From: a candidate division WOR-3 bacterium
GTDB lineage: Bacteria; Hydrothermota; Tepidihabitantia; SM23-42; JAOAFX01
NCBI GenBank assembly: GCA_039802265.1
Contig: JBDRWI010000046.1
Span: forward strand, 1-19,082
Direction of reading: 5' to 3'
Length of the DNA: 19,082 bases
In this document: piece by piece, positions 1 to 8,800 of the stretch
How the letters are laid out: each line of letters begins with the position of its first letter
Numbering within the stretch: the stretch's first letter is position 1
The notes under the pieces: generated by a model
What the model was told of the DNA's origin: nothing
What the model saw: only the letters and a program-made list of their open reading frames with translations
Databases searched by the model: none
Program-made: the position numbers and the translations under genes

Positions 1-91
1 GTCCATCATCATACGGTTTCGCTGCCCGTTTCGTCAATCGGTTTCGTTTCAGGACAGTTGAAAATTTGAATAGGTGGATTCCGGTACATTA

Positions 92-2533
92 TCACACCTC
101 AGCCTTTATCCGCGCTATTGAGACTACCTTGTCCCCTTTTTCCAGTGTTATTATCTTCACCCCCTTGGCTGCCCTGCCCATCACCCTGATTTCCTTTACG
201 GGAGTCCTTATACCTTTACCACTCATCGTCATTGCCAAAAGGTCGTCTTCATCATTCACATTTACTACACCCGCAACCTTACCGGTCTTTTCATCTATCG
301 TCATTGACCGGACACCCTTGCCACCCCTACCCTTTTCATTTATATCCTCAAACCTAATCCGCTTACCCAGGCCATTCTCACCAATGATTAGCATATCCTC
401 TTCTTTACGGGCAATATTGAAGCCAACGACCTCATTGCCTTTTTCCAGACGGATACCTCTGACGCCCCCTGCATTCCTGCCCATCGGTCTTATCAATTTC
501 TCAGAAAACCTCAAGGTCAACCCATTCTTTGTTGTTAAGAGAACCGAATCCTTACCGGTTGTCAAACTTGCGGCAATGAGTCTATCGCCCGGTTCAATCT
601 TTATTGCAATTATCCCTTTCTTTCTTATATTCTCATACTCATCCAGCCGGGTCTTTTTTACCTTACCCAGTTTCGTTGCCATAAAGATAAAATAATCCTT
701 TGAAAATTCTTTTATAGAAAGGCAGGCATTGACCTTTTCACCTTCACCCAGTTCAACGAGATTGGCAATTGAACGCCCCCGGGAAAGTGGTCCAGCCTCA
801 GGAATTTCATACACCTTTGATGCATATACCTTACCGGCATCTGTAAAGAATAACAATGTATCGGTGGTCTTTGAGATCAATAATTGATTGGCAAAATCCT
901 CTTCGCCGGTCTCCACAAGTTTTCTCCCTACTCCACCCCGGGTCTGATTCCGATAGGTAGTTATCGGGAGTCTCTTTATATAGCCACGCTGGGTCAATGT
1001 AACGACCATATCCTCCTCGGCAATCAGGTCTTCAATAGTAAGTTCTTCAGGCTCCATATCGGTGATTGTTGTCCTTCGTGAATCCCTGAATCGTTCCCTC
1101 AATTCATTCAACTCTTTCTTTATTACTCCATAAATCCCCTTTGGCGAAGCAAGGATGGTCTTCAATCTTGAGATCTCTTTTATCAAACCAAGGTATTCCT
1201 TTTCCAATGTCTCTCGCTCTAAGCTCGTTAACCTTGCCAGCCTCATATCTAATATTGCCTGTGCCTGGATTTCACTTAAAGAAAATTTCTTCTGTAACTT
1301 CTCCTTGGCAACCTTTACATCCTGTGATTTTTTTATTATATTTACAACTTCATCAATATTTTCTATTGCAATCTTCAATCCTTCAAGGATGTGCGCCTTC
1401 TTCTCGGCCTCGGCAAGTTCAAACTTTGTCCTCCGGGTGATTACCTCAAAGCGGAAGTCTAAAAAGTGTCTCAGTGCCTGCTTTAAGGTGAGGGTCCTCG
1501 GGACACCATCAACAAGGGCTAAAAGTTGAATGCCAAATGTCTCCTGAAGGCTTGTATATTTATAGAGATTATTCAATACAATTTCGGGATTGGCATCCCT
1601 TTTTAATTCCACGACCACCCGAATTCCATCTTTATCCGATTCATCGCGCAAATCCGAAATGTCTTCTATCTTCTTCTCTCTTATCAAACTGGCAATCTTT
1701 TCCAATAGTGATGCCTTATTCACCTGATATGGAATCTCCATTATTACAATCGCCTGTTTACCCCCTTTTAAGTCTTCAATCTTTATCTTACCCCGGACAA
1801 TCACCCTGCCCTTGCCGGTTAAATATGCCTCCTCAATTCCCTTTCTGCCAGCAATTATTCCACCCGTAGGAAAATCCGGTCCGGGCACAAGTTTGAGTAA
1901 TTTTTTATCATCTATCTCCGGGTCATCAATCAAGGCATTTAAGGCATCCACCAATTCAGAAAGATTATGCGGTGGGATATTTGTTGCCATACCCACCGCA
2001 ATCCCCGATGCACCATTACATAATAGTGCTGGAAATGCAGCAGGCAGGACGGTTGGTTCTCTTAATCTGCCATCAAAATTAGGGATAAAGTCAACGGTAT
2101 CCTTATCCAGGTCCTTTAATAATTCCTCGGCTATTGGCGTTAACCTTGCCTCAGTATAACGGTAGGCCGCGGGTGCATCTCCATCAATTGAACCAAAATT
2201 ACCCTGCCCATCAACCAGAGGATAGCGCATTGAAAAATCCTGCGCCATCCGGACCAATGCGTCATAGATTGCCATATCTCCATGGGGATGGTATTTTCCG
2301 AGCACATCACCAATTACTGTCGCACTCTTTTTATGGGCACGGTTTGAGGCAAGTCCGGCCTCATTCATTGCATATAAAATCCGACGCTGGACTGGTTTCA
2401 AGCCATCGCGGACATCGGGCAATGCCCTGCCCACAATGACGCTCATTGCATAGTCAAGATAACTTGATTTTATCTCTTCTTCAATATAGATTGTGGCAAT
2501 TTGCTCTTCTGTTGTATTATTTCTCTCTTCCAT
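92..2533 (-). CDS. gyrA: DNA gyrase subunit A
   Basis: 813-aa ORF with [21 protein letters not shown] and the catalytic AAYRYTEAR (Y126). The C-terminal beta-pinwheel carries the GyrA-box QTRGGVG, which favours GyrA over ParC. Confidence 0.96.
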   Translation of the reverse strand: MEERNNTTEEQIATIYIEEEIKSSYLDYAMSVIVGRALPDVRDGLKPVQRRILYAMNEAGLASNRAHKKSATVIGDVLGKYHPHGDMAIYDALVRMAQDFSMRYPLVDGQGNFGSIDGDAPAAYRYTEARLTPIAEELLKDLDKDTVDFIPNFDGRLREPTVLPAAFPALLCNGASGIAVGMATNIPPHNLSELVDALNALIDDPEIDDKKLLKLVPGPDFPTGGIIAGRKGIEEAYLTGKGRVIVRGKIKIEDLKGGKQAIVIMEIPYQVNKASLLEKIASLIREKKIEDISDLRDESDKDGIRVVVELKRDANPEIVLNNLYKYTSLQETFGIQLLALVDGVPRTLTLKQALRHFLDFRFEVITRRTKFELAEAEKKAHILEGLKIAIENIDEVVNIIKKSQDVKVAKEKLQKKFSLSEIQAQAILDMRLARLTSLERETLEKEYLGLIKEISRLKTILASPKGIYGVIKKELNELRERFRDSRRTTITDMEPEELTIEDLIAEEDMVVTLTQRGYIKRLPITTYRNQTRGGVGRKLVETGEEDFANQLLISKTTDTLLFFTDAGKVYASKVYEIPEAGPLSRGRSIANLVELGEGEKVNACLSIKEFSKDYFIFMATKLGKVKKTRLDEYENIRKKGIIAIKIEPGDRLIAASLTTGKDSVLLTTKNGLTLRFSEKLIRPMGRNAGGVRGIRLEKGNEVVGFNIARKEEDMLIIGENGLGKRIRFEDINEKGRGGKGVRSMTIDEKTGKVAGVVNVNDEDDLLAMTMSGKGIRTPVKEIRVMGRAAKGVKIITLEKGDKVVSIARIKAEV

Positions 2534-2538
2534 ATATT

Positions 2539-2566
2539 ATTATATCAAAATTCAGGCTAAAGTCAA
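2539..2566 (-). promoter_or_regulatory. Sigma-70-type promoter of gyrA, probably leaderless
   Basis: TTGACT (2566-2561), 16 nt, TATAAT (2544-2539) with an extended TGn, then 5 nt to the ATG at 2533. There is no room for a Shine-Dalgarno. Confidence 0.85.
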
Positions 2567-2586
2567 GAATTGCCCCTCAATTATTC

Positions 2587-2614
2587 TTGACTCAAATGTC
2601 CTTTTAGATATAAT
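2587..2614 (+). promoter_or_regulatory. Sigma-70-type promoter of the PEGA gene, probably leaderless
   Basis: TTGACT (2587-2592), 16 nt, TATAAT (2609-2614), then 5 nt to the ATG at 2620. Confidence 0.85.
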
Positions 2615-2619
2615 GAGTT

Positions 2620-3030
2620 ATGGTGCTATTCTTTTTACTCCTCCAATTGGAAAATGGCTATCTGACTGTAAGGGCAGATAGAGCCGGACTGCCAGTATAT
2701 GTAGATGACGATTTTATCGGCAATACGCCAATAATCAAATATCCGCTCAAACCCGATGAATATAATGTGGGATTCTTCCCCCAGGATTCAGTTGAAAATG
2801 CTGCATATCAACTCAAAAGCGGTGATATCGGTGCATTATGGCGAATTGCAAAATTTGGGGAAGGAATTGTGAAAGTTAAGATTGAATCAAATAAAGAAAC
2901 GATTGTTGATTTAAACCATAAGGCGGTGACTGCCGCACCGGGAAAGGCAAAGGCAAAGGTATTCAGCTGTTTAGGTGGAGTATTTATTCTGGGTATTCTC
3001 GCAACCTTAGGCTTTCAGGCAATCTTTTAG
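2620..3030 (+). CDS. PEGA-domain protein with a short hydrophobic N-terminus and a C-terminal membrane anchor
   Basis: GYLTVRADRAGLPVYVDDDFIGNTPI resembles the PEGA pattern. The C-terminus FSCLGGVFILGILATLGFQAIF is hydrophobic, and the gene has its own promoter. Confidence 0.75.
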   Translation: MVLFFLLLQLENGYLTVRADRAGLPVYVDDDFIGNTPIIKYPLKPDEYNVGFFPQDSVENAAYQLKSGDIGALWRIAKFGEGIVKVKIESNKETIVDLNHKAVTAAPGKAKAKVFSCLGGVFILGILATLGFQAIF

Positions 3031-3040
3031 GAATAGGGAA

Positions 3041-3054
3041 GGGACTTCAGTCCC
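3041..3054. repeat. Short REP-like GC hairpin GGGAC-TTCA-GTCCC
   Basis: Perfect stem 10 nt after the PEGA stop codon, preceded by ATAGGGAA. It has no U-tract. Confidence 0.4.
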
Positions 3055-3160
3055 GTAGGATTAGAAAATTCAGAACATAAAAAATAAACTTAGTTCAAAC
3101 GATTGATTAAGAAACAGGATCGGGCGTTTTATATAGGTCTGGTTGGCTGCTCTTAACCAG

Positions 3161-3232
3161 CCTCCAAACCCCAACCAATCAACTACCCTTCCCCAACCCT
3201 ATCCCATTTCCAAACCTAAACCAACCCTCATA
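3161..3232 (-). repeat. Strand-skewed low-complexity tract containing a G-quadruplex motif
   Basis: 72 nt with no G on the + strand. The minus strand at 3205-3186 reads GGGATAGGGTTGGGGAAGGG. Confidence 0.65.
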
Positions 3233-3280
3233 GCTTTTTTTCGGATTTATCCAGCCAATAGCCGGAGTAATGTTCTATCT

Positions 3281-4060
3281 TTAATCTAATTTCACAAATA
3301 CATCAATCAAATTTCCCTCCTTATCAAAAATCCGGTGTTCGTTTTTATAGATCACCTCGCTCTTCCCATCATCATCAACCTTTAGAGCAAGGTTCCCCCG
3401 CTTGCAGGAGAAACAAAAAGGGAATAGATACTCCCAGTCTTTATTTGATTCCAAATCAACAAAATAGATATAGTCCCACATCTTATTGTTATATGGTTTT
3501 CTCGTGTGGAAGAGGCAATACCTACCATTTGCTGAGATCTCATAATTGACAATGCTCTTCCACCCTCTCATATCTACAAGTTTATCTGTATTCTTATTTT
3601 TGACTACCTCCATTATCGGAAATGAATTGAGGCGGTCTGTAGTAAATAAAATTATCTTATCCGGGTAAATCTGTGTCAAATCAAGGCAAATTTTTCGCTT
3701 CCCATTTTTTATTCGGGTCCAGATTTTTTTCTTATCTGCACTATAAACTGTCAATTTGGTGTAAATACTATCACTTGCCGGAAAGTCTTTTTCTTCATAA
3801 AAGAGAAATTTCTTATTGTCTGAAGAGACCTTTACCCGCTGGGTAAAATAACCACCATTTTCAATCTCTCCGCTCTTGAGTATCCACTGGTCAATAAGAC
3901 TATCGTTTTTGTAAAATTTCAGTGTATCGCCGTATTGAAAGACAAGAGATTCAGTAAATCCCAATCTGCCAAGATGCGTGACGAACCAAATCCCAAATCC
4001 CAAATAAATTCCAATTCTAAATTTTTTCCATGCAAGACTTTTTATTGTCCTTCCATTCAT
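3281..4060 (-). CDS. Hypothetical exported or membrane-anchored protein, possibly beta-propeller-like, with a C-terminal CxxC
   Basis: 259-aa ORF with an N-terminal hydrophobic segment, blade-like motifs (VSSDNKKFLFY, ISANGRYCLF) and CFSC. The start codon is uncertain. Confidence 0.7.
   Translation of the reverse strand: MNGRTIKSLAWKKFRIGIYLGFGIWFVTHLGRLGFTESLVFQYGDTLKFYKNDSLIDQWILKSGEIENGGYFTQRVKVSSDNKKFLFYEEKDFPASDSIYTKLTVYSADKKKIWTRIKNGKRKICLDLTQIYPDKIILFTTDRLNSFPIMEVVKNKNTDKLVDMRGWKSIVNYEISANGRYCLFHTRKPYNNKMWDYIYFVDLESNKDWEYLFPFCFSCKRGNLALKVDDDGKSEVIYKNEHRIFDKEGNLIDVFVKLD
3956..4023 (-). repeat. Degenerate heptamer repeat (GATTTGG-type) inside the 5' end of the CDS
   Basis: About 2.9 copies of CCAAATC at 3986-4005 on the + strand, with degenerate flanks AAATCCCAATC and AAATTCCAATTCTAAATT. 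Confidence 0.6.
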
Positions 4061-4068
4061 AATTTTTG

Positions 4069-4095
4069 TGTCATGCTGAATTCATTTCAGCATCT
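4069..4095. repeat. Palindromic repeat TGTCATGCTGAATTCATTTCAGCATCT
   Basis: 8-bp stem ATGCTGAA (4073-4080) / TTCAGCAT (4086-4093). From recall, not a search, it resembles the dispersed TGTCATGCTGAAnTnnTTTCAGCATC repeats often found near small GIY-YIG nuclease genes. Confidence 0.6.
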
Positions 4096-4460
4096 CTATT
4101 CTTTAAAACCAATGCCTTTATTGTCTTTGACTTTTTAAGTCGCTGTCTATACGGGTCAACTGCAAGCCGCAATGTCTCAAGGGCATGGAGACCGAGGACT
4201 TCTGAATCTCCCTTTCTGGCAAAGACCACACCAGTGGGACCCTTTCTACCGTAGCATTCAATTTCCACAAAACCAATCTCTCTTTTTACTATTCTCTTTT
4301 CGATTGTCTCAAATTCTTCGGTATCAATAGCCTTTACCCCGAGTTTTTTAAGAATCTTACCATCTATCCAGCTAAATGTTGCACCGGTATCAACAAGGAT
4401 TTTTTTCTTAAATTCCTTGCCATTCGCCCTTAAGATTATATCGGCAAATGTTTCACCCAT
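4071..4460 (-). CDS. Clan AA (retropepsin-like) aspartyl protease
   Basis: Catalytic motif ILVDTGAT and a downstream VLGLHALE motif in a 129-aa single domain. Confidence 0.85.
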   Translation of the reverse strand: MGETFADIILRANGKEFKKKILVDTGATFSWIDGKILKKLGVKAIDTEEFETIEKRIVKREIGFVEIECYGRKGPTGVVFARKGDSEVLGLHALETLRLAVDPYRQRLKKSKTIKALVLKNRDAEMNSA

Positions 4461-4489
4461 ATGCTCTACGCCCGCTACATGCTATCTCC

Positions 4490-5386
4490 CTACGGTGCCG
4501 TCAGCGTAAACTTCGCATCTAAATAGGCACCATCCGTATCCGTTGCCCGCACCAAAACCTCAAAGGAATTCGCTTCTCCGACATTCCCGTATATCACACC
4601 GGTCGCCTTGTCAATCAGTACCCCCTTTGGTGCCTCAACTATTTCAAAAGTCAATCTATCGCCATCCGGGTCAATGATTGGAACTTGATAATACAAACTC
4701 TCCGGCTTCGCCTTTACTGAATCAATCCTGTGGCTTAAGACCGGTGCTGAATTGGCAATATGGAGTTCAAATGGGAATTCCTCAGATTTGAATTCACCAT
4801 CAAAGGCAAATGCTGCGCCCGTTATTACATCGTTTTTCTTTAAATTATATTTTCTCAAATCAAGGGTATTTGAAGTATCAGATATTACCTCATCCTTTAC
4901 CAGCCAGTGCACAATTAATTTTGTTGAATCTCCATCCGGGTCATCAACCATTGCCGAGACAACAACACTTGGTGTGGTCACAAAAAGCGATTCAGGAGAG
5001 ATACTCAAAGAGACAATTTTAGGTGGCAATCCACCAATTGTTATCTTACCGGTTTTTACTGTTTCTCCCCATTCTTTTCCATCATAAGGCGTAACCTCGG
5101 CAGAGATTGTATCACCCTTTTTTGCCCCTTCATATTTTAAGGACATCCCTTCGCCAATCTCTTTTCCATTAACATACCACAAAACTTTATAGGTCAGTGG
5201 GTCGCCATCTTTATCTGATGCCTGAATCCGTACAGTTATTTCTGACTGAATTGTCGGGTTCAATGGTAATAGCGAAACTTCATTGATTACTGGTGGGTTA
5301 TTCCCCACCACTCCTTCTTCTTTTTTTCCACCACAGGTAATTAAAAAAAATACTAATATGACCAAAAAGACAATATCACTTTTCAA
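4490..5386 (-). CDS. Lipoprotein with three Ig/cadherin-like repeats carrying DxDGD Ca-binding motifs
   Basis: TTG start at 5386, 5 nt after GGAGG. Signal peptide MKSDIVFLVILVFFLIT-C. The repeats contain SDKDGD, DDPDGD and IDPDGD, and the last resembles a putative Ig (He_PIG-like) domain. The ORF track starts it at 5398. Confidence 0.8.
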   Translation of the reverse strand: MKSDIVFLVILVFFLITCGGKKEEGVVGNNPPVINEVSLLPLNPTIQSEITVRIQASDKDGDPLTYKVLWYVNGKEIGEGMSLKYEGAKKGDTISAEVTPYDGKEWGETVKTGKITIGGLPPKIVSLSISPESLFVTTPSVVVSAMVDDPDGDSTKLIVHWLVKDEVISDTSNTLDLRKYNLKKNDVITGAAFAFDGEFKSEEFPFELHIANSAPVLSHRIDSVKAKPESLYYQVPIIDPDGDRLTFEIVEAPKGVLIDKATGVIYGNVGEANSFEVLVRATDTDGAYLDAKFTLTAP

Positions 5387-5410
5387 TTGAACCTCCATAA
5401 TTCATTTAAT

Positions 5411-5438
5411 ATTCTATTCAGAATTTTTGTGATGTCAA
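5411..5438 (-). promoter_or_regulatory. Sigma-70-type promoter of the lipoprotein gene cluster
   Basis: TTGACA (5438-5433), 16 nt, TAGAAT (5416-5411). Confidence 0.75.
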
Positions 5439-5446
5439 CAGCAGGG

Positions 5447-5478
5447 GGGCCGGGTCATAAATAACAAAGACCCGGCCC
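5447..5478 (-). terminator. GC-rich stem-loop at the end of the pilin operon (atypical terminator or 3' stabiliser)
   Basis: GGGCCGGGTC / GACCCGGCCC 10-bp perfect stem with a 12-nt loop, 7 nt after the stop at 5486. It has no U-tract. Confidence 0.55.
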
Positions 5479-5485
5479 AATTGTA

Positions 5486-5809
5486 TCATCTTTCTGCACT
5501 CTCCCCAGATTCAACAGTCTTTATCTTCTCCGGAATTATCTTTATCTTCTTGACATAAAAATCTGGAGAATCCTCCTTAGGAACAAAGGTAATCTGGGCA
5601 CGAAAAGGAGGTTTAATCAGGGCTATATCCTTTACCTCAAAGATTTGGGATATGTCTTTTATCTCAGGCAGGAATTCAAACCACACACCACCGATATTTA
5701 CCCTTGTATCCTCAATTGCAAAGACGGTCCCTTTATCAATCAGTTCATTTGTCCTCAATGGTCCCTGGGCAATTAAAGTGAGCATAAATATCGTCTGTAA
5801 AATCGCCAT
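5486..5809 (-). CDS. Hypothetical small exported protein, last gene of the pilY1 operon
   Basis: GGAGG lies immediately after the pilY1 stop, followed by an ATG at 5809 (MAILQTIFMLTLIAQG, signal-like). The longer start at 5899 overlaps pilY1 and is unlikely. Confidence 0.7.
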   Translation of the reverse strand: MAILQTIFMLTLIAQGPLRTNELIDKGTVFAIEDTRVNIGGVWFEFLPEIKDISQIFEVKDIALIKPPFRAQITFVPKEDSPDFYVKKIKIIPEKIKTVESGESAER

Positions 5810-5819
5810 GTTTACCTCC

Positions 5820-8800
5820 TTATCTGAGCTTCCAGAGAATAACACCGGACCTGGGCATACCCGGGATTCCGGTCTCTGGAGAAACAATACCACCACCAAC
5901 CTGAATAAAGACCTTTGTCTGGTCAGCGCTCACATAGAGCGCGGGTTCTGAAGGAATTCCAGAACCTAATGAAAGCAATATCCGATTATAACCTGCAGTA
6001 TCGCCAATAAATGCTTGGGTATACGCAGTACCGGTTCTATAGTATAACGCATACAGGAAACCTTCACCACCATAAGTGCAGATATCTCCGGTTGGGCAGT
6101 AGGTAGTAAACAAGACTGCCCCGCCCATTACCAGTGAGGTTGTAAGATTCCTCTCTCCTGGTTTGGCAAACTGCCGATACCAGCCTAATTTATTATTTAC
6201 CAGTATTATCAGTGAATCAAAGGCAACAATATTACCACCACCCAAATCAACCCAGCCCATTGTGTCGACTTTTACATTCGTTACATTATATAGTTGTAGC
6301 GGGTCTGTGGTATGAACCGTATCATCACGAAAACCGACATATAACTGGCTATTCAAATCCAGTTCATCATTATCCGAGAATAATCGGCCGGTTCCAAAAT
6401 ATACCCAGAGATGGTTGTACTCATCAGTCGCAACGCTCCCCTCAGCGGTAATCGGATGGTAAAGTCCCATATCCATCACCATCTGCATTGTCCAGTTTGC
6501 GGGATCGGTATCATCGTTTGTAAGAATCCGATAGACCTTACCGCACCAGCCCCTCGGGTTGGTTGACTTATACCAGGCGTCACCAAAGTAGATTCTATCA
6601 ACTGTATAGTCAATCCCCCAGTCACAGGCAAAGATATTGGTGACAAAACTCTGCGGGTCAGGCAGGACGAATTCATGCAACTTTGTACCGGTCTTCAAAT
6701 CCAGGACATATATCCTACCAGTCTGGGAACAGTCACCACCACAGGTCATTGGACCCGAGCCAAAGACCAAGAACCAGGCGTCTTTTACCTTGACCACAGT
6801 TGGATAACAGGCCGTATAGGCAAGATTGGGGTCGGTGAATTCCCAGAGGTGTTTTGGATTCAATGGTTCGGTTACATCAATTGCAAAATATGCAGAACGA
6901 CAGGTATCAATCTCATTGCGTATCTTTGTTCCACCCATCCTCATTCCACCAATTAAGAGTGTGCCCCAGCCACCGATATGAACACCATCCAAGGACTCCG
7001 CAGTGAAGATTTTGGCATCGGTGATATAAGGCTTCAGGTCAACATAATAGACATGACATTCTCCATAGGTGCGGTCTTTGAGCCATTGGAGATGGGGCAA
7101 GAGATTGCGTGGAATGTATGCCCATAATTCTTCGCCCAGGTCATAACCAAAGGGGTCAAGGTATAATGGCTCCATCGGGGTCTCCTGGGTTACTGGCCTT
7201 CCTGCATTAAATGCATGTAGCATACCATCATTTGCACCGACATATACCACCTGACGCCGATTGTAATATTGGTTATAGTATTTGGCATAGGAAGCATCAC
7301 CATAGATGAAGTCATACCGCTCAATCGGTTTTCCAATCATTACCGGACCGGAATTTATGATGTCACCGAGTTTCCAGACCTTGCCTGCCGTTGTCCTTGA
7401 GCGCAAGAGTGTAGTATCAATGTCTTCACCCCTCACATAGCGGATTATAGTATCAGCAAGACTTGAAGAAATACCAAGCCCAAGATAGGGTCGTAACAAT
7501 GTACTATTTGCTATAGTAAAGTCGGTGTGGACGCCATTGAACAGAGAGGTCCAGATGTTTCTCGTTGTTGGTGGATTGTAGTTGTTCCAGAGATACTTGC
7601 CGGCATCCCAGACCGGCATCAGGTCTTCTATCGGCACCTCCCCAACATAATCAGAGGAATCAACCTTGCCATTACCATCGTCATCATGATAGCGCTTGAT
7701 CATTACATTATTCTGTAATGGGTCCCAGACCATTGTGATTACATAGTCGTTTTGCAAATGGAGGATATGACTTGCCGGATTATCATTATCTTCACGCAGA
7801 TTTCCAAACTCATCAAGCCAGAGGCTCTGACAGGTACCGGTCCAGGACAATACCTCACCGGTCGGGAATATCCGCCGGGGATAGAATTGTGACTGGACTG
7901 TAGAACCACCAAACTTTGTTCCGGTGCTGACCACCGCAACACCACTGGCTGAGGTGACATGGGACATAATATCAAGGATTATCTGCATTATCGCCTGCTC
8001 AATCTCATAACCACTCTCGGCTTCGTAATAGTTATCCGGAATGCCATTGCCATCACGGTCATATTCGGAGACCTGGGGGATATTATCATTATTCCTATCA
8101 ATGAATCCACCATCCTTGGCAATCTCTCTAAATAGACCAGAGCCCAAGCCGAATGTCATCAGACCATAGAAGGTGATGGTCTGTTTATCCCTCAACCCAT
8201 AACCCGGCTCATTGTCCGGCCTTAAATCCTGAATATGGCCAAAGTAGGCATAGTCATCCGCAGGATGGTCAGTGTCTCCCCAGCCTGAGCAGTCATCATA
8301 GTTCTCCCAGACACCATCATAATTATATAGCGGCCTACTCGGAAAGATCTTTGGTGGCAGGTGGGTATCATCGGTCAATGCCCTATCCGAATTTGACTCA
8401 CCATCACCGATTACAATCACAAAATTCTTCCGGCACCAGGCAGTATCTAAGGATGCGCCCTGACCGGAATAGAATGGATCCCACTTTGTCCCTGGTCCAT
8501 GCCAGGTGTAGTTAGGAGACCAATAACCCGTACCACCATGTGGTGGACAATAACGGATATAGTGAATTGCCTGCATCACCGCATTTCCGGTATTTGTTCC
8601 TCCTTCGGGTTCCGCATCAAAACAGGTATAATAGGGCTCCATATCCGGGTCCTCGTCACTCATATAGAATTCCCTCTCAATGTGAGTCCCAAACTCCGTG
8701 CTGAAGAACATCAGTCCAAACCTTGGGGCATCACTGTCCCAGTCACGGTCAAAATCCTTATCCGCAATCAAACGTATCACACCCCGGGTTACGGTATCGG

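Noticed and set aside
1..57. Possible hammerhead ribozyme (GAAAC and TGATGA between GTCC/GGAC on the minus strand)
   Set aside because: There is no CUGANGA core, stems I and III cannot be formed, and the region is truncated by the window edge.
66..2439. Plus-strand ORFs opposite gyrA (66-695, 1155-1529, 1812-2159 and others)
   Set aside because: They are antisense shadows of a conserved gene, with no motifs or SD.
3031..3280. CRISPR array, tRNA or IS element in the intergenic gap
   Set aside because: There is no regular repeat-spacer structure, no cloverleaf and no transposase or terminal inverted repeats.
3935..4254. Plus-strand ORFs 3935-4138 and 4066-4254 (VMLNSFQHL, MCHAEFISAS)
   Set aside because: They are antisense to real genes, and these peptides are translations of the palindromic repeat.
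4071..4460. Retroelement origin of the retropepsin-like protease
   Set aside because: No reverse transcriptase or integrase is nearby, and stand-alone clan AA proteases are common in prokaryotes.
5810..5899. N-terminal extensions from the ORF track (starts at 5899, 10969, 11427, 16396 and 5398)
   Set aside because: Downstream starts with well-spaced GGAGG sites fit better (5809, 10948, 11391, 16372, 5386). The longer starts overlap upstream genes or promoter boxes, or lack an SD.
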